The position numbers were made by a program, and so were the translations under genes. Positions 28,591 through 43,376 of a DNA stretch of 64,000 bases are shown in pieces (the stretch's first letter is position 1; each line of letters opens with the position of its first letter). The notes beneath the pieces are model-generated. The model saw nothing but the letters and a program-made list of their open reading frames with translations. It ran no database searches and was not told where the DNA came from. The stretch lies in NCBI RefSeq assembly GCF_009914755.1, contig NC_060926.1. The stretch is one strand, 5' to 3'. Source of the stretch: the human T2T-CHM13v2.0 reference genome, Homo sapiens.

Positions 28591-29084
28591 CCTGCTAATT
28601 TCTCCACCTGAGAAGAGATGTTCTTATCCTTCAAAAATTGGATAGTAGCTGTGTGGATTACCCACTCCTTTGTCCATAGCTTCTACATCATTGATTCGCA
28701 AACATTCCACTACCATCTTCAAGCAAAACCAAAACAAATAAATCAGTCTGTTCATCTTTGAGCTTCCCCTTCTGTGAAATCTTGTTTAGTATCTTAACTA
28801 TGGACATTTCAATGTGGACATCAGAGAGTAATAACTTTTAAAAGGTTCATTATTCTCCACTCAAGTCCATTTTCAGAAGCTTTGCATTCAGTGAGCCTTT
28901 CTTCTCCTTCCTGCAGATGTGGCATGGCTGTTAGATTGTCCTTTTGCCCTGAGGCTCCCATGTCAGTTATGCCCCAATGCCTATTCTCATGGGGTTTTAA
29001 TTGCCTATAACATTTTATTGTTCACCCTCTTCAGTCTCCTAAACTCTATTTATTTCTCAAGGTACCATCTTGTTCGTGAATCTT

Positions 29085-30215
29085 TCCATTCATTTATATA
29101 ACAAATGGTCACCTTCTATGTGGTAACATTGTTCTTAGGTGCTGGGAGTACAGCAGTGAGCAAACCACAAATAGTCTTGCCTTTTAACACTTACATTCTT
29201 GTGGGGGAAGATAAATAAGATAAATAAAATTTATGGTAAGTGAGATGGTAATAAGTCTAAGGAGAAAAAAAAATAAAGGAGATAAGGAGTGATGGGGGAG
29301 GTACAGTTTAAGTTGGGTGGCCAGGGAAGGTTGCTAAGTCATTACTGCAGCAAAGCCTCTGAACTCTGCTTTTTCTGAATTCTTCAGTCTGTAAGTAGTT
29401 AATCTCAATTAAACAGTTGGGTTATAGTTGTTTCATGATAATCTGTTTATTAAAAGCAGCAGAGTGGAAAGCACTTGGGTTCTGAAATTAGACATAAGTT
29501 TGAATATACATTTAGTTGCCAAGTAAACTTGGATAAAATATGTAACCTCTCTAAGACTATACTTTTATGATCTATAAAATGAGGCTAATGATGCCTTATA
29601 GGTTTGTTAAGAGGACTAAATGAAATAGCAAAGATGTAGCATCTAACATTGCTTGGAACAAACGTTAGAAATTTAACAAATGTTAAATTTAACAAATGTT
29701 AGAAATCCTATTGTCTCCTCTATGTGGAATCCTATTGTCTCCTCTTGGTGTCACCCACAGGAGCTAAGCTCAGTGCTGGGTATAGAATAGATGTGTAATA
29801 GACATGTTCGGTAATCAGTGTCCTATTATTGGCTCAGCTTTTATTTCATTAATTTAGTCACATGACATTTACTAGCACTTTCTGTATATAAGGTGCTATG
29901 AATATTAATACAACCCTAAGGTGTTTATAATTTAAGAGGAAATAAAACAAATACATAAATTAAGCTAGAATGTAAAGATAAAAGTAAAGACAAATACAAT
30001 AAGAGAGGCAGGCACAAATTGATATTGGTATTCACATGAGATTGCCTCCTCAGTGGAGAGAAAGTTTTAAGAAGAGGTGACATTGGAACTGTGTCCTAAA
30101 TTTCTGAAAGGGTTTTAAAGGAGATTTCAAAAAAAAAGCAGACAGAAAATGAGCAGAAACTAGTGGATGGAAAATAGCCTTCAGAATGCAAGAAACTGGC
30201 AGGTGGTTCAGTGTG
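29085..30215. mobile_element. Cluster of L2 (-, ~29085-29335 and ~29845-30215) and MIR (+, ~29455-29670) relics
   Basis: cattcattt...taggtgctgggagtacagcagtgagcaaa; MIR gaggactaaatgaaata. Confidence 0.65.
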
Positions 30216-30220
30216 GGTCA

Positions 30221-30725
<505 letters not shown>

Positions 30726-31927
30726 GGCCAGAGTATACTATAGGGGAAAGGTTTAAGATCAACCAAGAACCTTATATTGAGGCCATATTGTAGAGGCCTT
30801 GTTTCAGATTAAGGAGTTTGATTTTAATTTAGGAAATCATTGCCCTTGAACCAGGCAATGATAGCTGGACCACTTCTGAACTTCCTGGATGGTTGATCAG
30901 ATTTTTAAGGCATTTGTCCCTCAATGCTCCTGTCTTCATTGTATTACTGTGATTTGGGTACATTTCTTATATGCCCTATAAGCATACCAAAGGTGAAAAG
31001 GGGGTTGTACTCATCTTTCCGTCTTCTTCAGTACCTAATATTGTCTTACATTTATATTCCCTGTAAGTGTTTGTTGAATGAGTGAATGAATTAGTCAAGG
31101 ATCAGAGCTGCAATTCGATTTGGGGTCCATACATCAAATCAGTAGACTGCTGCAATATGAGCACCTGGGTAAGAACACTGGCAGCAGGGATGGAGAGAAG
31201 ACACCCATAATACCTGCTGCAGAAGAAGTGGTTCTATTTTGTCCTTTAAAGGTGGCCAAATCACTCACCCGTCAAACTGACTCAGAGTTAAAGCGGACTA
31301 GGAAAAACATGGAGATAATGAAAGAAATAGGCAAGCCATGTGAATTTAGGAGAAGATAGATTTTAAATCGTTTGCATTGAAACTTCAGAGATACATCCAG
31401 ATTGAGCTGTTTCTCAGGCAGATGGAAATGTAGGTTTGATCTTTGGAAAGAGGTTAAGAGATTTACATTTATAACTTAAGCATAGATAAGGAAAAAATGA
31501 AATGTGAGGGAAAAAATTGTTCGACCTGAATAGGCAGATGGAAAGTAGTGGTTCTGAGCAAAATTTCAGACAGTTTCATCAAGTCATTGATTTTCTAAAA
31601 AATACATACTGTTATAATTTGGGGCTTTCTGTTCTTTACCTGAAACATAACTAAATTCTGCTTTTTCTTTATCAACATTTTCCCACTGCACTATCTATTC
31701 ACAGCTTGATGAAAAAGTCCAGGACCCCCCCGAGCCCTTTGGCCCCCAGAATGCGATAAGCAGCCTAAGCCCAGCCTGGTGTCCTTAACTTCTCCTCCTG
31801 CAAATAGGGTGAACAGACAGACACCAAGATCTAAGTTCAGGAAGGAGAAGCCACCACGTTCTCCAGTCCAACTTTATTAGTAATAAAACTGAACTTGTAT
31901 TTTGATCTCCTTTTGGCTCCTGGAATC

Positions 31928-32221
31928 TTTTTTTTTTTTTTTTTGAGACAGAGTCTGGCTCTGTCACCCAAGCTGGAATGCAGTGGCACAGTCTCGGCTC
32001 ACTGAGCCTCCGCCTCCTGGGTTCAAGGGATTCTCCTGCCTCAGCCTCCGAGTAGCTGGGAGTACAGGCGCGAGCCGCCATGCCCGGCTAATTTTTGTAT
32101 TTTTAGTAAAGATGGCATTTCTCCACGTTGGCCAGGATGGTCTTGATCTCCCGACCTCGTGATCTGCCCGCCTCGGCCTCCCAAAGTGCTGGGATTACAG
32201 GTGTGAGCTACCACGCCCAGC
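31928..32221 (-). mobile_element. AluS (Sc/Sg-like), no recognisable TSD
   Basis: ggccaggatggtcttgatctcccgacctcgtgatc; flanks do not match each other. Confidence 0.93.
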
Positions 32222-32769
32222 TATGTTCTTAATTTGTTAAGAATCCATACAGGAGGAGAAGTAACCAATTTGCCTACCCCCAAACCTTCTGCACTTATAA
32301 ACCTTAAATCTTTGTACGGCAGTCTGGTCATATATTGAATCTAAAGATATAGCCATACTCATCTAGGGATTTGATAAAATGTTCTGAAATGGACATTTTA
32401 GCTGCAGGGAGGCAAAACCCGAGAGACCTTTGTATCAGCTTGTGTTCTTGGAAAGAGAGCCTCCAATTCAGACCACCCATCGCTGGGAGCTTTAGGATCC
32501 AACAGTTCCCTAAGGGCCTTAGCTTCTAGCTAAAGTCTCCTGACTAAATGGATTGATTTCCTATCTTCCCATAAGGGACTATGTTGACTCATTCCATCCA
32601 CCCCGTGTTTACCTCTATCACCAGCAGATGATATCCCCATCCGGCTCTCCCCTGAGGACCCTGCTTCCCTTGCTGCCCTCTCAGCAGCTGAAGAGGTTTC
32701 TTTCATCCTTCCTACTGTGGCTCCACCTTGCCACCTTCACACATTTCTCCTGTCTCAAGAACTGTAGAC

Positions 32770-33920
32770 CCTTTAAAGCACAAGTTGCTATTATCCGCTA
32801 ATGTTTAAGACACTCCCTCTTATTTGCTGAAGATTTTAGAACTTGGCTCACTATCTTCCTCTTTGTCATTATTCTCAAAGTCTTCAACATCCACATAGAT
32901 AGATCATCTATCTGTAGTTTGTTATTCCTCCCCGTTATCTCCATAGTTCTTTCCCTGCACACCCTCTTAGCTACCTACCCCCGCAGTCATACCCCAGACC
33001 TTGTCATCACCAATAACCACACCACCTCTGAAATCTCCAGGTCAAGCATCCCATTCTCTGATCCCCAACTTCTTTTTCTACAGCTCAGGTACTGTGATAG
33101 CTCCACTCCAACAGTGTTTCATTTTGGACCTCCACTCCAACACCGTTTACGTTTTTCATTGCTCATCACTCCCTCCTCCCTGCCTGCCTCAGGTTCTCAT
33201 TTATCTTCTTCCCTATTTAGGTTCCATGCCCATGACTAGGTATTTCATCCTCGACACTCAGCCTCTATGCCCCTTCCTCTCTCACTTCAACAGTCCAGCT
33301 CTAATTAAACTCTGAGCCTGTCCCTGAGCAGCTGACTGTGGCAATCAACCATGCTGAGTGGCTTTGGTTTGAATAATGACCACAGATCTCAAATCAGCAT
33401 TTGAGAAATCCTGCTACATTTCCCTGGTAAATTTGTTCTTCAAACCCCTCCAATATCTCCTCTCCTATTATTCTCAGCTGATGACCTGGCTGATCTTGCA
33501 TTGAGGAAACAGAAGCAACTACACCAGAACTACTTCATTTCCCATCACTAGAGCCACCTGTCCACCTGTGTCTGTGTCGTGTCTCCTCCTTTTCCTTTGG
33601 TAACAGTGAATGAATGGACCACCCTTGCTCCTCACTAAGGCTAGGCATTCTTCTTATGCTTCAGACCCCAGCTCTCCTCGCCAGCTTAAGTATTTTGCTC
33701 CTAAAATTATTCCGTTTCCTTCATTACCACATTCCTCTCTCTGCTGATCGACTCCTATCACCATAAAATCATGTGGCAGTATCACTCGTCTTCAGAAAAG
33801 GAAAGACAAGACCCCTCTTGACTCCACAGTGCCCTCTAGCTATCTTGTTTCTCTGCTCTTTTTCATAGCAAAGTACCTTGAGTTGTCTATAGTGTTCTAT
33901 TGCCTCACCTCCAGTTCACC
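32770..33920 (+). mobile_element. L2 LINE internal ORF2 relic (endonuclease region)
   Basis: Pyrimidine-rich L2-type sequence; translation SHTPDLVITNN...IPFSDPQLL matches the APE endonuclease GHTLDLV...SDH motif. Confidence 0.75.
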
Positions 33921-34051
33921 CTTATTTTTCTTTACTTTTTTTGAAATACACATACAAGACAGCATATATAATTCGTAGAATATTACCAATGTTTTTAACA
34001 CTTTGTGCATCCTTTCCCAATAGTGTGCCCTTACCTCCACTGCTTAAGTAA

Positions 34052-34396
<345 letters not shown>

Positions 34397-34896
34397 CCCC
34401 ACTTGTTTTTTGTTTGTTTTTGTTTTTAATAATTTTACAATATACATATGTATCCCTAAATAATACATTTTTGTTTTGCATGTTTTGGACTTATGTATAT
34501 GGAATCTTATTATATATTCTTCTATGAATTGCTTATGTTGCTCACCTTTAGATTTTTAAAAAATTCATATGGTGTATAATTCATTTTCACTGCAATATAA
34601 TATTCTACTGTATGATATTAGTTTATTTTTCCAGTGTATTGTTGATGGACACTTGGGTCACTTCAGGATTTTTTGCCATTACAGACAAAGCTACTATGGA
34701 CATCCTCGTACTTGGCTCCTAGCACATGTGTGCAAAAATGTCTGTAGGGCATATACTGAGGAGTGGAATTAGTGGGTTGCCTTTACTTGATGTTACCTAA
34801 TTATCCTCTGAAGTGTTGTATCAATTTATACTAATATAAGCACTGGATGAAAGTTCCCATTCCACCATATGTTTGTCAAAACTTGGTGCTATCTGA

Positions 34897-35400
<504 letters not shown>

Positions 35401-35559
35401 TAAGAATGTCTTATATATTCTGAATACTAATCCTTGATCAGTTATGTGTTACAATTATCTTCTCCCAGTTTTTAGCTTGTCTGTTTACTGTTGTTATGGT
35501 GCCTTAATGAACAGAAATTTCTTGAACTATAAGAAATTGCTTATATGTGATGATTTTCA

Positions 35560-36140
35560 CTTACACAAACTATTCCATGTGGTTCCTGGAGAGCTCATTA
35601 AAACACAGACTGGGCTGGGTGTGGTGGCTCCACCTATAATCTCAATACTTTTGGAGGCTGAGGCAGGAGGATCACTTGACACCAGGAGTTCAAGACCAGC
35701 CTGGTCAACATAGGGAGACCCCATCTCTAAAAAAATCACTGGAGTGCAGTGATTGCACCACTGCACTCCAGACTGGGCAGCAGAGCGAGATCTTCTCTCT
35801 AAAAATAACAATAAAAATTAGTTGGGCATGCTGGTGCATACCTATGGTCCTAGCCACTCAGGAGGCTGAGGTGGGAGGATCAGTTGAGCCCCAGTGTTAA
35901 AGGCTGCAGAGAGCTATGATCATGCTACGATAATGCCACTGCACTGCAGCCTGGGTGTCAGTGAGACCCTGTCTCTAAAAAATAAATAAATAAATAATAA
36001 AAATTTAAAAACACAGATTGCTGGACCCCACCTCCAGAGTTTCTGATTCGGTAGGTCTGGGATGGAGCCTTAAAATTTGCATTTCTAGAAAGTCCCTAGG
36101 TTATGCTGCTGATCCAGGAACCACACTTTAAGAAACGCTG
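35560..36140. mobile_element. MER5A hAT MITE split by Alu
   Basis: aaacacagattgctggaccccacctccagagtttctgattc...ggaaccacactttaagaa. Confidence 0.8.
35612..36003 (+). mobile_element. Rearranged AluJ with an extra internal right-arm 3' fragment
   Basis: Left arm, 70-bp extra piece, then complete right arm; TSD aaaacacaga(c/t)tg. Confidence 0.85.
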
Positions 36141-36758
36141 CCTCAGCCAGGTCTGTCTTCTGAACATCTTTCGCCAATCCTCTCTCCATGGTTCCTTAGA
36201 GATTACACTCTATTGCCTAAAATATAATCCACCTCTTCTGCTCTTGACCTATCAATTTTTGGGCCCTGGGTCACCTTAATTGACTTTTTACCAGGCCTTC
36301 TCAATCCTGGGTACAGATAGCTAGTTGCCTAAGGAATGCTTGCAATATTAATAAATGCTGCCTTTTTGTTCAAAGTTAACAGGTAGCTTTTAGAATGGCC
36401 TAGTATTATTGATTAGCTGACTTTGTAGTCTCCTTTAGGAGTATAAGTGTGCTGAAGTTATTCTGATACAACGTTAAGTCATGAATCAAACTCATTGTCC
36501 TTCCATGCTCCAGTACCTAGTCTCCTTCCCCAAAATCCTACCCCCTTTTTTCCTTCAAAATTGCACTTCAGATCTGCATCCTTTCCTGTCATCAGTTAGT
36601 CCCCTAAATCCCCAGTCCTATTTGTGATACCCATGTATTTTTCTGGGACATGAATAACAACCTCAAACATCTTAATAATAAAGCCTCAGATGGGTAACAG
36701 GAATACACTGCAAAAATTAAATTACAATATTTAAGCCTTCCTTGTAATTTATTTAGAG

Positions 36759-36954
36759 CCAGGTTTCCCAGCAGTGACACTGTTGGCCTTCTGGGCAGAT
36801 GACTGTTTGTTGTCTGGGCCTGCCCGGTGCACTGAGGGTGTTCAACAGCAGCAGTGGCCTCCACTCACCATGCCAGTGGCTCTCCACCCTCACCCCGTGT
36901 GGCCACCCCAAATGTCCTTTGAGGGCAAAAACCTCCTCTGGTTGAGAACCACTG
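36759..36954 (+). mobile_element. MER20 hAT-Charlie element
   Basis: gacactgttggccttctgggcagatga...ccggtgcactg...ctggttgagaaccactg; perfect 8-bp TSD atttagag at 36751-36758 and 36955-36962. Confidence 0.88.
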
Positions 36955-38458
36955 ATTTAGAGACATCTCATGCCTTATTTGAATTTTCAGGGATTTTTTT
37001 GGTGTGAAGTATTGTCAGCTGGTTTGGGCCTTTTAAAATTTCAACTCCCCAAGCCCTTTTAATCTTCTCCATTTCTTTTTTATCATATATTTCTCTTTGT
37101 TTCTGGCTAAAAGAGGGCATTGTATTTTCATGATTTTTTGAAAACCGATTCTCAACCACATTTCTCCAAGACAAAGGGCAGTTCCCACCAAACACACAGA
37201 AGCAGACCCTAGGACACACTTCAGATTCTTTTCCTGCCCTTCCTGCAAGTATTACTCTCACCATAGGATGGTGGTAGTTACTGTGATTAATATACTTTTA
37301 ACTGTAATGCGATTATAGAAAATCATGCCAAAATTGCTAGAGCTAAAACTTGACCTGCCCCGACAGGATGATGAAAACTCAATACCATTCTCCCTGACCC
37401 TCCCCATCCGCCTCACTCCCCAAATAGTCTTGCTTCTTAATGAGTAAGAGTAGTTTAAGCTGCAATTATTTCCTCTTACACTGACTGTCCTTTTCACCCT
37501 GATTACTCTTTGGATGTATAATGGGGAGATAGCCGCATGCAGACTAGCAAGGAGGTCTGGTGAATGGCAGCAATACATACTTACTCGGGAAGAGTGCATT
37601 CCACTCTCAGAACAACCTGCCCAAACTGAATGCGGCTCACAAGTGGAGTGGGCAGAGCTTTTTACAATTTCAATTTGAAATGCCACTTTTCTAGTTTTCG
37701 TGGCTAAAATAGTAAATAATTTTGTGGGTTTTTTTTTCAGCTGCTCTTCATTTGACATTTGCTGAGCCCCTCTTGAATTTACTTTTGCAGAACAAGACCA
37801 TTTGTACCCCAACTATTTGTACCATTAGGCCACTGCTCCTTTTTAGTTGCATTTAGGGACCTTCTCCAATTCAGTCTCTTTCTACATGAGCAGAGCACCT
37901 ATTCATTCAAAGGGAACACCATGACACAGCCAGAGACTATGCCCCGGGAGTATAAAGAGCTTTGTGTCTGCTTCCCAGTTTCAGAAACTCATAGTTGCTT
38001 ATTTACCAGATATCAACCAAGCTCTGGGTACCAGGCACTTTTGTACATTTCTAGTTTTGTCTTAGCTGAGATAAATACCAACTACCCTGAAGTACTGTAA
38101 GATGTACAAGTACCTTATTAATCATCCAAAAAAAAAGCCTAAGCAATAACAATGTTTTATATTAGTTTGAGGGTTAGATGAATTCTATTTTTAGCTATAT
38201 TTTTCTAGGTAGCAGTTCTAATAAACAGACATTTCATAACTACTAATCAAAATAAGTCAATGCCTTGGTTATCTGTAATTTTCTCTTACAACAACTTTAG
38301 ACACTGGAATAGCACTGAAATAGGGAGTAATGATCTTAATTGTGTATTTCTTGGTAAATGACAGAATTCCTCCATATATATGATTTTGTTTGATTTTTTT
38401 AATTGGCACTACGGGCAAAGGAAGAAACTTTGGGGCAATGAGTGGTTTTAAAAACATA

Positions 38459-38757
38459 GGCTGGGCGACGTGGCTCATGCCTGTAATCCCAGCATTTTGG
38501 GAGGCTGAGATGGGAGGATTGCTGGAGGCCAGGAGTTTGCAATCACCCTGGTCAATACAAGGAGACCCCATCTCTACAAAAATTTCAAAAAGTCAGCAGG
38601 GTATGGTGGCATGTACCTGTGGGTCCAGCTACTTGGGAGGCTGAGGTGGGAGGATCATTTGAGCTTCAGAGGTCAAGGCTGCAGTAAGCCATGATTGCAC
38701 GCCACTGCACTCCAGCCTGGGGGACAGAATGAGACCCTGTTTAAAAAAAAAAAAAAA
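38459..38757 (+). mobile_element. AluJ
   Basis: J-type dimeric Alu whose tail runs into a purine microsatellite. Confidence 0.9.
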
Positions 38758-38850
38758 GAGAGAGAGAAAGAGAAAGAAAGAGAGAGAGGAAGGAAGGAAG
38801 GAAGGAAGGAAGGAAGGAAGGAAGGAAGGAAGGAAGGAGGGAAGGAAGAA
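38758..38850 (+). repeat. (GA)n/(GAAA)n/(GGAA)n microsatellite with 12 uninterrupted GGAA at 38788-38835
   Basis: Read directly from the sequence. Confidence 0.97.
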
Positions 38851-40189
38851 ATCTATACACCCAAAAACCTAAACATCATCCCTGATGAGTGTGACCAGCT
38901 TGCTTATCAAAAGGCAAAGAGGGGTTCTCATTTGGTGGCGGTAGCTATCTAAACCAAGGCACTTGCTGCAAAACCTAGAAACATGGGAAAATGACAAATA
39001 AAGGAGCCAAGCAAAATAAGCGTTAAGGAAAGGGGGAAGAAGAAAATATGAAGACTGCAGGACAAAGAAGGGAGATGACTGGAAAGAGAAGTGAAGATTT
39101 CAACACTGATGTGAGAAAGTGACAGCATAAGTTACAAAGAATTTGGGAAAGATTAAATACTTCTTCAGGGTGGGAACAAACAGCCGAGCATAATGGAACA
39201 GTCTTTTAGGACACCCAGCCCTCAGAGCTCCAGACACCTCACTTCATACCAGTTTAGCCCAGTAACTGCTCTTCATAGCAAATCTCCTTCTTGCTGAAGA
39301 AAAGTTTGAATCATGTTTGCTATTTTCATGCACCAAAACCTTCAAAATTACCTAAAGAAAAAAAGAAGTTTGCTTAATTTCCCCTGTAATGAAAGTCTGT
39401 GTGGAATCACTTATTGTCTGACAGGTCTCACTAAATTTGACGTTCCTGTCCTGGATTTATCAGGATACCTCATTACTTCATCATGCTATATGTAAGAGTC
39501 AACTAGAATATAGTCAACTCATTATTGTTTGAATGATGTAAGAAGGAAAGGTTGATAATCCAAAAGGGTATGCAAACCCCTGTGATTTATACTTGGTTAT
39601 TTGCATTTGTATTTTGATATTATAAACTTGCCCCTTTGTATTGTAACAATCTGTTAACCCATCTGTCTCCTCCACTAGACTATCAGCATCTTGACTGCAG
39701 GGACCATCTTAGTATCCAAAAGCTAGAGCACAGTCTCTGGCACATAGCTGGGGTTCGAAAAATGTTAAATAAATGAAGAAAAACATGTATCTGATCTGAG
39801 AAATCACTGCAAACAAAGTAATGCCTCCACACAATGAAAACACTCAGTAACACCTGGAAAGCTTAACTGCTTGTCTCTCAGACTGCTGCGAAGCCCCCAA
39901 CCTCAACCAAAGTGCCCTACTGTAAATCTTTTCCCAGAATAACGGAAGTGGTTAAGTGTTCAGGTGTCAAAATGCTACCCTGCTGGGCTGCAGGCCACAT
40001 ACAAAGTTATATTACATTGAGTTTGAAATGCTAACAAAGCAAGTAATTAAGCTGAGTAAGTGCTAACTTGCTTGCAAGCAAGATTTGAAGCTGATAAACC
40101 AAAATGCTGATAATTAAGAGTTGATTATACAGCTTTGTTGTTTCTCTACCCTGCTAATAGCCTCACATTCTTGGCATGTAATGATTTCT

Positions 40190-41930
40190 TCCCCACAAGG
40201 AAAAAAAAAACACACAAACTATCAATCTTCTCCTCCTGTCTCCCACCCTGAAAAAGGTGTGACTCCCTCCTTTCTTAAGCTAAATCCTCTCCCTGTGGTC
40301 TTGATCCTTCTCTCTATTGCATCTTTTACCTCTCACTCTCCACGAATTTCTTCTTTTCTGTTTGCAAACATGCTCGGGATTTACCAACCTTAAGGGGGGG
40401 AAAAAAAAAAAGGCAAGCCAGCAAATGATAGTAGGAGAATCTTCCCTTACTCTACATTCCCTTAATTCTCTCCCATCTTTCTCCTCTGTATCCCCTAACC
40501 TCTTGGAAAAGGAATCTGTGTTCCTTGCCTCCTCAACTTGATGGCTGATTGCTTTTTATTCCCTTAAACACTTCTCCTGGTTTCAGCACTCTAATGAGGC
40601 TCTTTCAAAAGCTATAAATAATTCTTAATTGTCAGATTCCGGAATCTTTATTTTCTTCATCTCTGCAATCTTTCACATGGTTGACCTGCCCCTTTGGTAG
40701 AACTATTAAAGGGGCTTTTATGACTTCCATGACATTCTTACCTTCTGGTTTTCTTCTTCCTTCTCTTATTACTCTCCTCACCCTCCCTGTTCTCCTTCTT
40801 TCTTTTCCTTCTTCCTTTCTGGTAAGAGAGGAAAAGAAACTAATATTTATTGACATACAAGACAAATTATTTGTCAGATGTTGTGCCAAGTTTTCAAACG
40901 TCTTTTATTGTCACATCAACCCTAGGATATAGATATTCTTATCTCCATTTTAAAAATTATTTATTTTTAATTGTGGTAAAATACACATAATGTAAAATTT
41001 ACCATTTGCATCATTTTAAGTGTACAGTTCAGTGGTATTAATTATATTCACATCATTGTGCAAACATTACCACCATCAATTTCCAGAGCTCTTTTCATTT
41101 TCCCAAACTGAAACTCTGTCACCATTAAACAATAGCTCTCCATTCTCCCCTCCCCCAGCCCTTGGCAACCATCATTCTACTTTCTTTCTTTGTGAATTTG
41201 ACCACTCTGGGTACCGCAAATAAGTAAAATTGTACAGTATTTTTCTTTTTGTGGCTAGCTTGTTTTACTTAGCATGATGTCCCCCAAGGTTCATCCATGT
41301 TGTAACATGTGCCAGAATTTCTTTCGTTTTTAAGGCCAAATAATATTCCATTGCATATACATACCATATTTTGTTTATCCACCCAACTTTCAATCATCCG
41401 CATATAAATGGTGAAACTGTGGCTCAGACTAGTGCAGTAAACTCATTGAGGTTGCACAGCTTTTCCCTCTGGGGAAGCATTCTTCTAAATTCTATCCTTA
41501 GTCTTATTTCCTCTTTCCCTCTCTCGCTCTCTCTCTCTTCCCTCTCTTTGCTGATCTACTCCCATATTTTTAATTTTAATCTCCATCCATGTGGGTGTTT
41601 CTTAAATGTATATCCCAAATTTATCCTTGGTACTGAATCTAGTTCCATATTTCCAGTAGATCCAACCAGAATATTCCCATATTGCTTTCAATTCACTATG
41701 TATAAAACCCAAATGCGTTATCATCTGATCCTCAAAACAGGCTTGACTTTCTCACACTCCTATTGTTGTTAATGGCACCACAAATTTCCCAGTCATCTGG
41801 ACCCTAAACCTCTGAGTCATCCTTAAGCCTCTTTCTCCACATCTCCCAAATTCCGTAAATCCTAAAGTCAGTCTTGTCAGTTGGGTCTCCCTAATCATCT
41901 TCATGCCCATTCCAGCCTTGCTGTGCCTGC
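40190..41930. mobile_element. L2 relics (+) with nested MIR and L1MB 3' end (-, ~40955-41385)
   Basis: L1: ttgtggtaaaatacacataatgtaaaattt...cccccagcccttggcaaccatcattctactttct; L2: aatggcaccacaaatttcccagtc. Confidence 0.75.
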
Positions 41931-41949
41931 AGAAGGGGTCCTACAGTCT

Positions 41950-42175
41950 GGTGGGTCTAAGAGCTTGGGTTGGGCTTAAGTCCCAGCCCAGCCACTCACT
42001 GGCATGGAGAGGACGGAAGGTGTTTGGCTAGTCACCTGACCTCACTGAGCCTCAGCTTCCTCATCTGAGAGAGAGAACCTAATGAGCAAGGTATGTTGAT
42101 CCTTAAATGAAATAGTATTTATGAATAGTTCAGCACAATGCCCAGCATTTAGTAGATGCTAAGTAAATGGTTATT
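41950..42175 (+). mobile_element. MIR
   Basis: gtcacctgacctcactgagcctcagcttcctcatctg. Confidence 0.8.
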
Positions 42176-42838
42176 TTTTCTTCTTTTTTAAAAAATTCTG
42201 TCTTCCTGCTTCTAATTCACTAGCCTTCTTCCCTCATAAGGATTTTTTTTCTCTCTCTCAGAATTCTCTGCAGGAAACAAACCACTGTATTTTAGCATTA
42301 TGTTTTATTTTACAGTGCCCTTGATTCTTTATACCTGTCTGAGGACAGTGACTGTGCTGACCCTTTACATTTGTGTTTCAACAATCCTGAAGGGGATTTT
42401 CATCTCCTGAACTGCTTTATCAATATTGTTTTATAAACAATTGTGACCTACAAAATTTATTGAGCCCAACCTCATTTTTTAAAGGACTGCTATAAAGTCA
42501 GTGGAATAGCATTTTCATGATTAAGAGCAGTCGGAGGGATTAATGGAGAGGCAGCATGAGCTTATTCCTAACTTTGAGTGTGCCAGGAGTTTTAACAGGG
42601 ATAAGAGGAGTCACCAAACATCTCTTCCCTGTCCCTTGTATTATTTTGCAAGAACATAGGCAAACTTGTGCATATTTCAGCAGAAGGGATATCTGGGTAG
42701 AAGATTGCATTCAGTTTGTGGAGTAAGGGCATGCAAGCAATTAAATCCCAACTTCCTCATCAGCAGTCTGTACTCAGGAGAGCTGTCCAGAGTAGCCAGG
42801 CCACATCCAGCCACATTGGAGATAGGAATTCCATGTAT

Positions 42839-43376
<538 letters not shown>

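Noticed and set aside
32919-33239. 106-aa ORF with an endonuclease-like motif
   Set aside because: Decayed L2 ORF2 with the catalytic SDH changed to SDP and a non-ATG start; not a functional CDS.
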